Of a stretch of 64,000 nucleotides of DNA, positions 24,101-36,514 are shown in pieces. The stretch spans positions 56,916,001-56,980,000 of the forward strand of contig NC_083279.1 in assembly GCF_963506605.1 (NCBI RefSeq), in the 5' to 3' direction. Below the pieces are notes generated by a model, which worked only from the letters and a program-made list of their open reading frames with translations, was not told the DNA's origin and searched no databases. Position numbers and translations under genes: made by a program. Every line of letters begins with the position of its first letter. Positions within the stretch are counted from its first letter, which is position 1. This DNA is from Zootoca vivipara (Eukaryota).

Positions 24101-26702
24101 GGAGTGTGTATTTATTTGACAAATGGAAAATAGAACTGAATGGCTTCTATTCAGTTGAATTTCTGTTTGATCCAAAACAAACCCAGAGGGAAACCACTAG
24201 GCACAAACAGAAGTCAAATCATGCCCATCTGTTGCAGTCTGCTGTTTTGTTGGTGTTTAGGATCCTGTCCAACCTGGACCTTGGACGGATGTCTGCAGGT
24301 GACAAAAAGTGGAACGAATAAATAAACTGGAGACAAATGTATCAAGACATGAAGGAAATGGGATTTTAACAAAAACAAATGAGAAGAAATAAAATTTTAA
24401 CAAATAAAACACAAAATGTATGAGGCGTTTGGCAACAAATGGGAACAGAATCCTGAAATGACAGAATTGTTCTTTCACACATTTAACTCACACATCATTG
24501 AATTTTTACCACTTTACTTATTTCTGGATTTATTAGATTGCTGCTAAGAACCAATCTTTCTTCTCCCATTTTGCATATCAATGTATGGGGAAAGTTTGAT
24601 TCCTGTTATATTGTTGCCTGCTCTTATATCCCTGCCTGCAACCTGTCTTCTGAAAATTTCTTCATGATTACTTGTGTTGACCCCAGCCACTTTTGCCAAT
24701 TACCTCAACAAGTGTTCTCTGTTATCTGATTTTGCTGAAGCACATGAATGTCCATTCCCCACAGGCAAGGTGTGAATATGGTTATGAATATGAAAGAAAA
24801 TCATATATCTTTTCATTGCAGTTGCTCCATTTTTACTATAGTGATCAGATGTTACATGTTTGAATCAGATATTACATGTTTGAATGTTGTATTATTTCCC
24901 ATGTAGCCCTATGTCAATATAGTGCTTGGGATGGCCACAGATTTTTGCTAAGCCTGCAGTCATTCCAAACCAGAGAAAGTGATCTTTCTGAGAGATAACA
25001 GAATTCTATTGGAAAATCAGCTCCCTTGATCAAATTTCGCACAGACTAAAGAATTTGGCACAGGAAAGTGGGGATGGGGGGCAGAATCCTGTATTCAGAA
25101 CTCTATGCATTGTTGAACAGATGGTTGGCACTTGGACAGGGCTGATCAGCTGTTTGGAGGGTCAGGGTGTGGCAAATTCCTGGTTGGTTGGTTGGTTGGC
25201 ATCCATCTGTCTTGGGAGACAACCTGCTCCTTAAACCTAAACAAGTCACCAGTGCTGTGAAAGCAGATCATCCGTTCAGCAGGTGAAAGGTCTTCATGCA
25301 GAAACATGCACTTTGGTGAAGCACCTAGATAATCATTCAGCACAGGCAAAATGTGACAATAGTTATACATATAAATGTTGACAAGAGAACTAACCATGTT
25401 TACTGAAGGAGAAAAATAGCAAAATTCTGTGGTTTTGGGTCTGTGTGTTTTACTTAATCGGGAGTGTCCAGTGTCTTACTGACACAGCCCATAATAGCAG
25501 ATTCTGGCCACTGTGAGAACAGAGTGCTGGGCCAGAAGGACATCAGAAAAGATGTGATAATGACAAAAAGATGACAAAGATAGCTGGACAATGCTGAAAA
25601 CCAGGTAGAAATGATAGCTCCATTTCTTTAAGGAGCATAGCTAAACACTATGTAGACTAACACAGTTTCAGCTTACGATGTAGCCATAAAGACTACATCA
25701 GCAGTTTGCAGTGTTCAATATGGCATTAAGAGAGCCAAAAATTTGCTTAAATATGCCTGACACAGATGATATAGTGCTTAAAGGCCAATAGAGCGGCTTT
25801 ATATTCAGTGAAAGCTTTGAAATGTAAATCAAGCTGCATTTTGTTATCATCCACTTTAGCTGCAGTGGTAGACCTGAAATTCCAAATTGCAAAATCTTGG
25901 AGAGCCTATTTGCCTTGAAAGGGGACATGGAAGTCCATAACTTCGTAATAGCTACATTGTTGAACAACCTAATTTAATAATAGATGGAATGAGAAATGAA
26001 AGTGGATAACGGATCATAATGAGATGGCACAATTGCTATAGAAAGATATCTTTAGACGTATTATTATGCCCAGTGAAGATGAATTCTATTTCTTGGCTGC
26101 TACCTGCCAAATCTTCAAATGGTATAAATCTGGATGCAGCTTCTCTACCTTAAAGTGCTAACACTGCAGAAGTTGAAGTACTGATCTGGTGTCTAACAAT
26201 TTTGTATTTCTTCTGACTAACTTGAAATGTTCTCCCAGGAGTCATTTCCAAGATTGCCAGGTGCAACTGATGCATAGCATCTGGTCCTGTTTATTGTCAG
26301 TATGTCCAAACACTTGATTTCCCATATACTGATGGACTGTATGTTGCCACTGTTTTTAAACAAATGCTCTTGCTCTGGGTTTCTGGGAGGCATGGAGAAA
26401 GTAAGTTCTTGGTTTTGTTGTTTAGGCAAATACATTTTCTGTGATCCTGCATTTGTCAGTGTTTTTTAGGTTTCAGTCCAGTATTCTTTTAGGTTGCTCA
26501 GGCCACAACTCTGATTTTTTGGCACTTGGAAGATGAGTGCAGTTTCATCCCACCTTTAAACTCAATTACTAGCCTGGTCAACTGACATACTGAGCACTTG
26601 TCTCTTTTGCAATGTGCTGATACAAATGAGGCCAGTATCCATGCATAGTTTTTCCTTGCTGGTTACAGGAGATAGATCATGGAACATCCAAATTATTTAT
26701 GA

Positions 26703-26838
26703 CAGGCTTCCTCGACCTCGACCCTCCAGATGTTTTGAGACTACAATTCCCAGCATCCCTGACCACTGGTCCTGCTAGCTAGGGATCATGGGAATTGTAG
26801 GCCAAAAACATCTGGAGAGCTGAGGTTGAGGAAGCCTG
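26703..26838. mobile_element. 136-bp palindromic hAT MITE
   Basis: TIR caggcttcctcgacctc / gaggttgaggaagcctg and TSD ATTTATGA / ATTTATGG. The interior matches 18301-18436. Confidence 0.93.
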
Positions 26839-29800
26839 ATTTATGGGATAGCATGATCTGAGGGCTGGGAACTGAGAAATTTCTACTTCATATGGATCGA
26901 TGAGTTTCCTCCAGGATAAGTACACACCACTAAGGTTTAGGCTCTCTGTCCTCACCAAGTCTTTGTTACTTCAAGGGACTTACCATCATTGACAAGGTAG
27001 GATTTAGCTTGCCTTACCCTGACCCAGCCAGAGCAGCCTGGAAAGCTTCTCTGTGCTGTGACCAGGGTCAGCCTCCCTGGCTAACACAGCTTGTTTGCCT
27101 CCAGTTTCCTTTTCTTCCTTGAGGTGGAAGGAAGGGTTCTCCTGCCCTCCTTGAAAAGGGCTCTTCTGAGGATGCCACAGCAGGCTTAGCTCACCCACTC
27201 CTGTGCTTCAGCTGCCCATCCATCATTGCCCTCCTTGAATAGGCTGCTGACAGTCAGCACACCAGGGTGATATCATCACTGGCCATGGCAAATTAGAAGG
27301 GTGCCCTGTCTGAACTGAGCAGAATGGCAGAATTAGGACAGTAGTGCCCCTTGTCACAGTGAGTAATGATGATCATAATTATAGAAAATTAGAATAATAG
27401 GCCATAGGAAAGTATGTCATGCTCAAGAAGCACATCACTCTGGGGTCTAGGAAATGAAATTATGGGCTTTTAGACAGAGGGAAATTTGTGTAATCCATCA
27501 TGGACAAGGGAGATGGTTTTGGCTATAGTATGGCACCATATTAAAAAATTTCTTCCCACAGCCCTGTGTATTATGTAGCATTACCTAATGTCAACAAGCA
27601 TGTTTTTGCTTGCTGTTTCCTGACAGCCGCCACCCTTTTTTGGTATGATCTCCCATCTGCTTGAATCATTGCCTACTTCCATTTCCTCTTATGCTTATAT
27701 CCAAGTTTTGGAAAGTATAAATAGATTTCTGTTGCTCATTTTAGTAACCTTCCTGTGCTCATAAATAAGCAAGACATGTCTTAACAAAGCTACACATTCG
27801 AAGTAGTAACAAAGCATGTTGAATATTGTTGTGATATGTGCAGTTTAACTGGTAGGGTCAGACAGGAACAAACTGAGGCAAGGGAAAAGAGGTTCATAGC
27901 ATTACGAAGCAGACATATGTGAAGCACTTTGGATTCTCTCAAGCACTACATAAATGCTAAGAGTTATTAGGACATTTTCAATACTAAGAACCAAGGAATG
28001 TCAAACTTGAGAAATTGTGCTTCAATGGCCAATAAAGTTGTCCTTTCTAAAAAGAATGCTACCTGCTTAAGAAATGTACCATTAATAATAAAATAGTAAA
28101 ACAGCTTCACTGCAACACTAACCCTATGTGAGGCAAATTACATTTTTGAAACTAACCATCATGTTTCTCACTAACATCTCTTGTTTAGTTTGGAGCTAGA
28201 GTTAGAATCCTTAAGAATTTGCACAATTTTTATCCTGGCTCTACCTATTTGATATCTCAGACCATTAGTTAATATACCGTATTAATATACCATCTGTTAA
28301 TATACCATCTGCCTGCAAAGCTGGTGGAAAGTTAGCATGTCAAATGATTTGTTCCCTGATGTCACAGCTTTCTATATGCAGGAAGTAATACAGGAGTAAT
28401 TTTAAGTAAGACACACACACACCTGCCCCCAATAGAGGCTTGTGGCCACATCTGCCAGCTCATTCAATGCCACAAAGCTGTGAGAGATGTAGAGGCATAA
28501 AAATCAAACACTGGGGGATCCAAAATGCAAGGAACTAAAATCTGTACTTAAAATCAACAATGGCAATCACTGTTTGTAGACACTTTTCAAAGCTATCCTC
28601 TTAGTTAACAATGTATGCTAATAACTTGGTTATTACGGAGCCCAATTTCTTTCTCATACTGCACATACCTGTAAATCTGCCACTGAGAGTTAAACTAAAA
28701 GAGATTTTGTCCAGAATCTCTGCTCTCTTGGAAAAAATGGCTGATGATGAAATAACTTGAAAAGTGCACAAGCAGAGTGAAGAAAAATTAAGTTACACAA
28801 CAAATTGCTATTTTTAAGAAGAGAACTAGCTGGATGGCAAAAGAGTGTTCTTAGTAGCTTGAGCAACACACCCTAAATGCTTTGTCCATTTATTTATGTA
28901 TTTATCAGGTTATTTATTTAGTTTTTAAAAATCCAGAGTATCACATGTCTCGTATCTATAAATCAGTGAGTTGTAGGTTGTCAGTTCATTCCATTATGAA
29001 TTACGCATGTACATAGGACCGCTGCTGTCATATAGGAAAGGAATCAATGTATTTGTGCTTTTCATCTTTTTTAGAAATGCCTTGGTGGTTGAGGATGTCC
29101 TCTGTTTCCTGACTGCTTATACCTACTGAAGAGGATCTGCACTGGTGTTTTCCTCATGTTAAGTGACTCTAAACACACACTTGCTAAGGAGAAGGTCCTA
29201 TTTAACACAGTGGGACTTCCCTCTGAGTAAAAATGCATAGGATAGCCTTGCACTTCACCAAAGGCCAAAACTTGATCTCATTCTCGTCTTAATCAGCCTG
29301 CGATTGTATCCTCACTGACATAGAAGAAAGTGCTATTGAACTGAGTGGGACACACTTCTGAGTATAATAAGTGGTGCCAGCCATTAACATGAAGAGGCTT
29401 GACGCACAACATACGCTGTGGAGCTTTCTTTCTTTGAAGCAGTGCCAAAACAATATTAAAACATCGTCAGAGATTCATTGTGAAAGAACTGAAACACAAC
29501 TCTGGATTTAGGAAAAACCTTTGAGTTTAGCAAGGATTCCGTATATATTTGTTCTATGCCTTTTATGCACGTTAGGGATTAATAATACTCCATACTTTTA
29601 ACAAGTTCCAGGCCAGTTTACAAAAAGTTAAGATTACTCTAAAGCAAATGAAAACAAAAACACCAGAACATCTCAGTATAAGAGAGCAGTCTAAAAGCTG
29701 CTTCAAGCATCACTTCCCTGCCTTTCATGCGACCTCTTTTGACCCTTCCTGCTTTGACAAACTCTTACGTGTCCAAATCCCCAGCTTGGGACCTTATGTG

Positions 29801-30962
29801 GATATACATGTATAACTCTTTATGTTTTCATTTTCAGAGTGCCCTGTCCAAAAGGCTTAGGACAGACCACAGCTTTCAACAGAGATACAAAAAAAAGTTA
29901 ATCTAAAATAATCCCATGCATGCTTAATCTACAAATACAACTTTTTGACCAAGGTTTTCAATTCTGCTTTATCTCAACAGAAACTGTCTTCTTTGAGAAA
30001 CTTTCACTTTCCTTTTCACATTTCCTCTGGACAAATCAAGGTAAATTCACTGCAGGTAGGCCCTGATTAGCCACAAGGCTTTCCACATGTCCCTCGCCTT
30101 TGTGGCTCTGGGGCTGATCTCTTTCCTCCTGTGGCTTGTGCTGCATAACCTCCTTTCTCCCTTACGTCATGTGCAAAGCAATCCTTTTTCTTCTGTGTTA
30201 ACATGCCCAGTAATCTGCCTGGAAAGGCACCAGCTTGCCCTAACAGAATGATCCCCATCACCTTCACCTCAGGCATAGGATCACGTGGTGGGAGATTACA
30301 TGATTAAGATGTATTTTCAGTCTTGTTATTGCTGGTTGTAAACCATTCAAGCTTCACGCCCACCTGCCTTTTGTAGCATGTCAGCTGCCTCAGCAAACCT
30401 CATAGATAGTCAGCTCTCCTTCGTTTTCTCCAGCAGTTACTTTTTAAGTAAGCACCTGATGGTCAAATGCCATCAATTTGCCAGTGTATTTCCAGGAGCT
30501 GGTGATAATGCTTCTGTATCGTATTTAGCACTGCCAAGAGCAAAACATATCGTTTTTAGGGAATAAAATATGTCAGAGACAGCTCCTGCCATCATTGCTG
30601 GAGAAACACCGCTTTCATTTCTGCCTACTTGTAGCATTTATTTTTGGACCAGTAAAATAAATGTCTGTGCATTTAACTCTCTCTTGGTAGACATCACCAA
30701 GGAGACTGGCATAAACTGGCCAGGAGTTTATTATACTCGAATATGATAGTTACTTAGAATAGTGGTGCTTGTTTCTTCCCTGCTTCCCCAGACTCTGAGA
30801 TAAGAGCCCAAAAGTTCCTCTGGATTAGACCCAAGGCCCATCTGGTTCAGAATCCTCACAGTGGCCAACCAGATGTCTGTGGGAAGCCCTCTCCAGCAAC
30901 TGCTCAAGAACAAGAGCTGGACTCAAAGTCATATGCTTTGTCTACTAGAAGAAGCTCTATAC

Positions 30963-31920
30963 CAGGGGTCTGCAACCTGCGGCTCCGGAGCCGCATGTGG
31001 CTCTTTTACACCTTTGCTGCGGCTCCGGAGCGGATACGAGGGGAGGAGGCGTCCAAGCCATGCGCCACCTGAGCCATGCGGCGGCGCCCGCCAGACACTC
31101 GCGTGGTGCCCACCGCCACCGGAGCACACAGCTGCGGCGGTGCGCTGTGCGCCCCGCACGGCACCCACCGGAGCCCACAACTCCGCTGTGCGCGTGCGCT
31201 GTGCAAAAAGGACGCAAGGTGACGTTAGCAGCCCGGGGAGCGTGGTCGGCCCCCTCCCTGCATCAGCCCCTCCCCGCCGCATTTCTGCAGCCAATAGGCT
31301 CACGGGGGGCGGAGTTATTTATTTTTTTAAACGGGCGCGCTTCTTCCCGCCCAGCAGAAAAGGCTTGCGGGCTCGGAGCGCGTGTTTGCTGCTGCTGCTC
31401 CTGCCTGCGGCCTGCCTGTGGCCTCCTGCTGGCCTGGTCAGGAGATTGAGGTAGATGTATTAATCAATGGGTTGATTCAATATGAGGAAATTTTATAAGT
31501 TCACTTGATGGGAGCAACACACATGAAACCATACAGGTGTCCTAATAAGGGAGTCAGAGTTTTGCCCATTCCCAGTACAGTAATCAAGGCAGCCCAAACT
31601 CATAAGGCAGTGGTTGCTGGTGCCCATTCCCGGTAATCAAGGCAGCCCAAACTCAAAGTTATTTTTATAATGACGAGGATGACATTGGGCCCTCATTATT
31701 AATTATTATTTACATCAGGCACTGATTATGATTTATGGTACACTGGGGCCCTGATTAATTTTCTATGGCATTTTGGGGCATTGATTATTGGGCATAGCAA
31801 ATTTTGCTATGGGGCCCTCTGATTTCTACTTACGTCCCTGTTTTGCGGCTCCCAGTTTGTTTGTTTTCTTCGGAAACGGGTCCAAGTGGCTCTTTTTGTC
31901 TTAAAGGTTGCAGACCCCTG
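30963..31920. mobile_element. 958-bp non-autonomous hAT (Charlie-like) transposon
   Basis: Perfect 16-bp TIR CAGGGGTCTGCAACCT, perfect 8-bp TSD CTCTATAC (30955-30962 / 31921-31928), subterminal gcggctcc and gtggctcttt motifs at both ends, and no transposase ORF. Confidence 0.95.
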
Positions 31921-31969
31921 CTCTATACCATAGATTCAGGGAGCTCCTGCACTTAAATGAATGTACAAT

Positions 31970-34250
31970 GTCCTGATGCACTTGTGTCTTCTTGTGGGCA
32001 GAAGCAGGGAAAAGGGGTAGAGGGGGCTAAAAGCACCGACACAGGATAGTTTAAGGGTTGAGAACCACCAAAGGGATATGAGACAATTTTATTTGACATT
32101 ACAATAATGACAAGTACGATCTAGTACACCTAATGACAAGTACGACCGAGTACACTCAGAAGGCTCCACTACAATAAACTTGTCCATGTCACCTCAACTA
32201 CAATAAATCTGTTCACAAGGCTCTAGCCACAACAGGAGATAATTATCAAATGATGATGGCTCACTGCTTGCTTTTGACACCTACAGCAAAGTGGGATGAT
32301 CTGTCCCTCTGATCGTCATTTACAGGTGAGCCATAGACCTTTTCCTGTTAGTCCAAGGTAAGTCTTCACCAATAGAACAGGCAGACTGTCCTGGAATAAC
32401 TGACCAGGAAGTCCCTTTTGAAAGCCTATGTGTCACCTTGTTTTAAATTCAAAACCACTGGAACAGATTGCTGTTCCTTTTTTAACTGCTCCTTTTATAA
32501 TACTTTCTGCAAAGGAGTAAAAAGATTCCCAAGCCACTTCCTGTTCTATCCTGTGATACTATTGCCATCCAAACAAATATATTGATGTCAGCAAACTAAT
32601 CCAGGACTGTCAGCAAACCAATATGGTAAATTCAGCAGAATAATGGATGAATCCTAATCAATGCATTCACAACAGTTCAGCAACGTGTTCTCCAACTACT
32701 ATTACATTTAGATCTTAAGCTACATCTTAAGCCAATTCTATTCCTTAGTAATGTCTCCTTCCACTTCTTCATGGATAATGTAATTCAAGCAATCTCTTCG
32801 TGCTCATGTCCTTGGGCCCCCATTAATTTCACCAGCAGTTAAGTGCTAGAAGAGTCTTACCATATTGGCTGCTTCAGCAAGCCATAATCTCCTGATTGCT
32901 TTTGCTAGGCAGTACACCCCCTTACAACCAGAACATTGGCAACTCACCTTCCACGGGCGTTCTTCAGTAGGGTATGAAGAGACTCCCTGAGATACAAAGG
33001 GGGGGGGTGTCAGATCCCTGACATGTCCCAAATATGAACTTTTAGTATATATGCAAGTTCCCCAAGGACTTTCTGCTGTGTCGACATTTAAATAAAATTA
33101 AAATGTGAAATTCTTGTTGAAATAGGAGCTGCACAATATCCCACAGTACCCTCGGCATTTGCATCAGCAATCAAAAATGTAAAAAAGAAGAAGGAGTAAC
33201 TGCCAAGGTGGATTTTGTACTAGAAGTCTAATTTTTAAATCAAAATTGGCAGGAACAGTAAATTAATTAATCTGGAATTACAATGGAACTGCTAGGAAAG
33301 TACCTATGACATTCAAATTAATACCAAAAGTGCATAAAATGATTAATGTTACTACGATGAACATCAGAGAAATTAATAAAGATTAGACCAATTATTACAA
33401 AGTGTCAGAGACTAGAGATAGTTCATTGCAAAATATGATGTACACCATGGAAATGGGCAATTGCTTTCCCCCAGAAAAGCCATGTTAATAGAACGATAAG
33501 GATCTGGTGGAAAATTGGAGCACCTAGAAAGTGCTTCCTATGATGCATGCATCCACATTTCCATTGTTCTGCCTGATCTTTATGGTTTAACAGACACATA
33601 TTTGATATGCAGCGTTGTGCATGGCCAGCTTTTGATTGGTGAAAGACACAAGGACATTTGGTTGCTTAGTTACATACTGGGAGACAAGTTCTTTAATATA
33701 GAATGATTTGATCATTAAAGAAACTTGTAGCTTAGTTCTTGTTGCAATTAGGAAGCAGAACCATTTCAGAACCATTTCAGAACTGGTCTGTGTACAAGTT
33801 CTATTGATGTTTATGCAATACCAGTAGTGCTCTGTTAATCTATCAATCCTGCAAGATTCCTCCTCAAATGGAAATATTCTTAAAACAACTACAAACATCA
33901 AGGAGGAGCACTAGAGGAACACAAAATGGACCTAGACTGCTGGTTCTGCACAGCAAGAAGTTGATAGAGCTCTTTTTAAAATGATCTCTGGGGGAAAGCC
34001 CACAGAAGCGGGGGTAGTATTCACTTCAGGATTTATCATTCCTAAGGGATGGGAATGAAAATGTTCTCTCCCTACCCCCACGGGAACCATGTGGAAACAG
34101 GCCAAGAACCTACAGCGGAACATGACAGCCAGTCAAAGAGGCCAAATGGTCACAGGACAAAAATGCACATGGTAGAAGGAAAGGGACACAATGTGCTGAT
34201 GTTTCTATGCTAAGGCTAGAAGCCCCGTAGTTAAGATGGGCAAGCTGGAA
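31970..34250 (-). mobile_element. Possible decayed endogenous retrovirus env/3'LTR remnant
   Basis: Minus-strand peptides in env order: WGTC (~33060), GVYCLAKAIRRL, TLLRNRIGL (32754-32728), C-x6-RC (32706-32680), WISLLTSIYLFGW (32603-32565). Many stops and frameshifts; boundaries approximate. Confidence 0.4.
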
Positions 34251-34349
34251 TGCTTGGTTATAAAGGAGAACACAGAAATAGTGAACATAATGGAAACGGA
34301 ATGGAGAGAACAAGTAGAATACAGTCATACCTCAAGACAATCTCTATGG

Positions 34350-34567
34350 GAAAGAGACCTACACTTGCTAACAGGAAGAAATGTTCAGAATGGAACAGAC
34401 TGCCCTGGGAGGTGGTTGGGTCTTCTTCTCTTGAGGAACAAACAGAGGCTAGTAGACTGTCTGTCAGGGATGCTGTAAGTGCATCCTATTGCTGGTCCTG
34501 CCTGGAGTGGTAGATTGGACTAGATGCCTTCCAGGTTCCCTTCCAACCCAATGATCCTATGATTCTA
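34350..34567 (+). mobile_element. CR1 LINE 3' end
   Basis: WNRLPWEVVGSSSLE peptide, then ttggactagatg...cccttccaac...ctatgattcta terminus. Confidence 0.85.
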
Positions 34568-35853
34568 CCCCACATGAAGAGCTTTCCATATTATGCATCC
34601 ACTGACCTTTTGTGGAGACTGTTCTTCCTGAGTGTTTGAGACAGAGAACACACAGCATGTTGTATTCCATGTCATGTCAGTCATTATTCTCTTTTTGACA
34701 TCACTTGTGTTCTTAAGTCAATGCATTCTTAATTAATGAGGCATTTGTACTCAATCAAGAAACCATTTAAAATACACTTTTAATTTTAATGAGTTTCCTG
34801 TGATTAATTATTTCCACATGACTTATTCATATTTTAGGACATTTCATAATTTACTCCCTCTTCCCCTGAACATGCAGCATAAAACTTGAAATTTGAGAGT
34901 AGCTTTGACGCAGTACTTTACCAAAGTGAACCTTTCTATATAAGATTATGTATTTTCTTGAATAACTTGCCTTTACAGGTTTACAGGAACAGAAGTTTCT
35001 AATATGTAGCATGTGTACAGTACTAGGCACTGGAATGTGTATGTGTGACTACTGTAATAAGAAATATGTGGTTATATGTTCAAGAATATATAGCCATTTT
35101 GTTACTCCACCATACTGTCAATTTTGCATAATATTTCTAGCATGAAATGTCTTGTTCTCAACAAACATACAAGCCATTCTACAGGAACAGCAATTCTAAA
35201 GATTCAGTATAAAAATCCTCATGGCAGCTTCTTCATTCGTTCTGACAATTGGTTCACTCCTTAGTTTTGCCTCAAATCTCTTGCCATCTTTTCTAATAAA
35301 TAGTAAGGGCCTAGATTTCCATTTCACTAGGGTTAGGAGACTTGTGGCCATGTAGAAATTGTTGGTCTCCAACTACCATGTCCAATGGTTAGGGATTGTA
35401 GTCCAGCAATGTCTGGCAGGCTACAGTCTTTGGACAGGGTGTGTGGTTTGGCTAAAATTTGGAGGAACTAGAGGATGGAGCTTGTGGACTGACCTCCTAC
35501 CCATTGTCTCATAATTAGAGCCCTGCATAATAGCAAAATGAAATTTCCCTCAGGGGCACAGAAGTTTGGGATATTGATCTGGAGATGATAGGCTTTTCCT
35601 GGGTACCTAACTGTAAGGGACAGAACATGAGCAAATACCAAAGAAGGACTCTGCTAGCGCCTGGATAGTGGATTTGAATCCTCAAAAAAGACTGGATTCA
35701 AGGCAACACAATACAAAACAATGTTTAAAACAGCATGCCCAGGAAAATTGAGAATGCAACCTTCATGCTGCTTTCCAATTATATAAGCAACATAAGTATT
35801 TGAAATAATTCACAGCATATGTCCATTTAGAGTCTCTGCTTTTAATTCCAATT

Positions 35854-36514
35854 TGTTGTTGTTTAGTCGTTTAGTCGTGTCCGACTCTTCGTGACCCCAT
35901 GGACCATAGCACGCCAGGCACTCCTGTCTTGCACTGCCTCCCGCAGTTTGGTCAAACTCATGTTCGTAGCTTCGAGAACACTGTCCAACCATCTTGTCCT
36001 CTGACGTCCCCTTCTCCTAGTGCCCTCAATCTTTCCCAACATCAGGGTCTTTCCCAAGGATTCTTCTCTTCTCATGAGGTGGCCAAAGTATTGGAGCCTC
36101 AGCTTCACAATCTGTCCTTCCAGGGAGCACTCAGGGCTGATTTCCTTAAGAATGGATAGGTTTGATCTTCTTGCAGTCCATGGGACTCTCAAGAGTCTCC
36201 TCCAGCACCACAATTCAAAAGCATCAATTCTTCGGCGATCAGCCTTCTTTATGGTCCAGCTCTCACTTCCATACATCACTTCCATACATCACTACTGGGA
36301 AAATCATAGCTTTAACTATACGGACCTTTGTCGGCAAGGGCATGATGAATTCTGCATATAAGTTAAATAAGCAGGGAGACAATATACAACCTTGTCGTAC
36401 TCCTTTCCCAATTTTGAACCACTCAGTTGTTCCATATCCAGTTCTAACTGTAGCTTCTTGTCCCACATAGAGATTTCTCAGGAGACAGATGAGGTGATCA
36501 GGCACTCCCATTTC
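35854..36514 (-). mobile_element. BovB (RTE) LINE, 5'-truncated with internal deletion
   Basis: Peptides MYGSESWTIKKADRRRIDAFELWCWRRLL and WFKIGKGVRQGCILSPCLFNLYAE, an (AAC)n tail, and 13-bp TSD TTTAATTCCAATT (35841-35853 / 36515-36527). Confidence 0.95.

Noticed and set aside
24844-24885. Short tandem duplications (also ~52138, ~55008, ~56440)
   Set aside because: Ordinary two-copy slippage duplications; no spacer structure, not CRISPR-like.
25350-25397. SLVNIYMYN resembles the sequence preceding the RIPK3 RHIM
   Set aside because: The core (I/V)Q(I/V)G tetrad is absent in all three copies.
30861-31454. Several overlapping 120-200 aa ORFs
   Set aside because: They result from the GC-rich interior of the hAT element; no transposase or other motifs.
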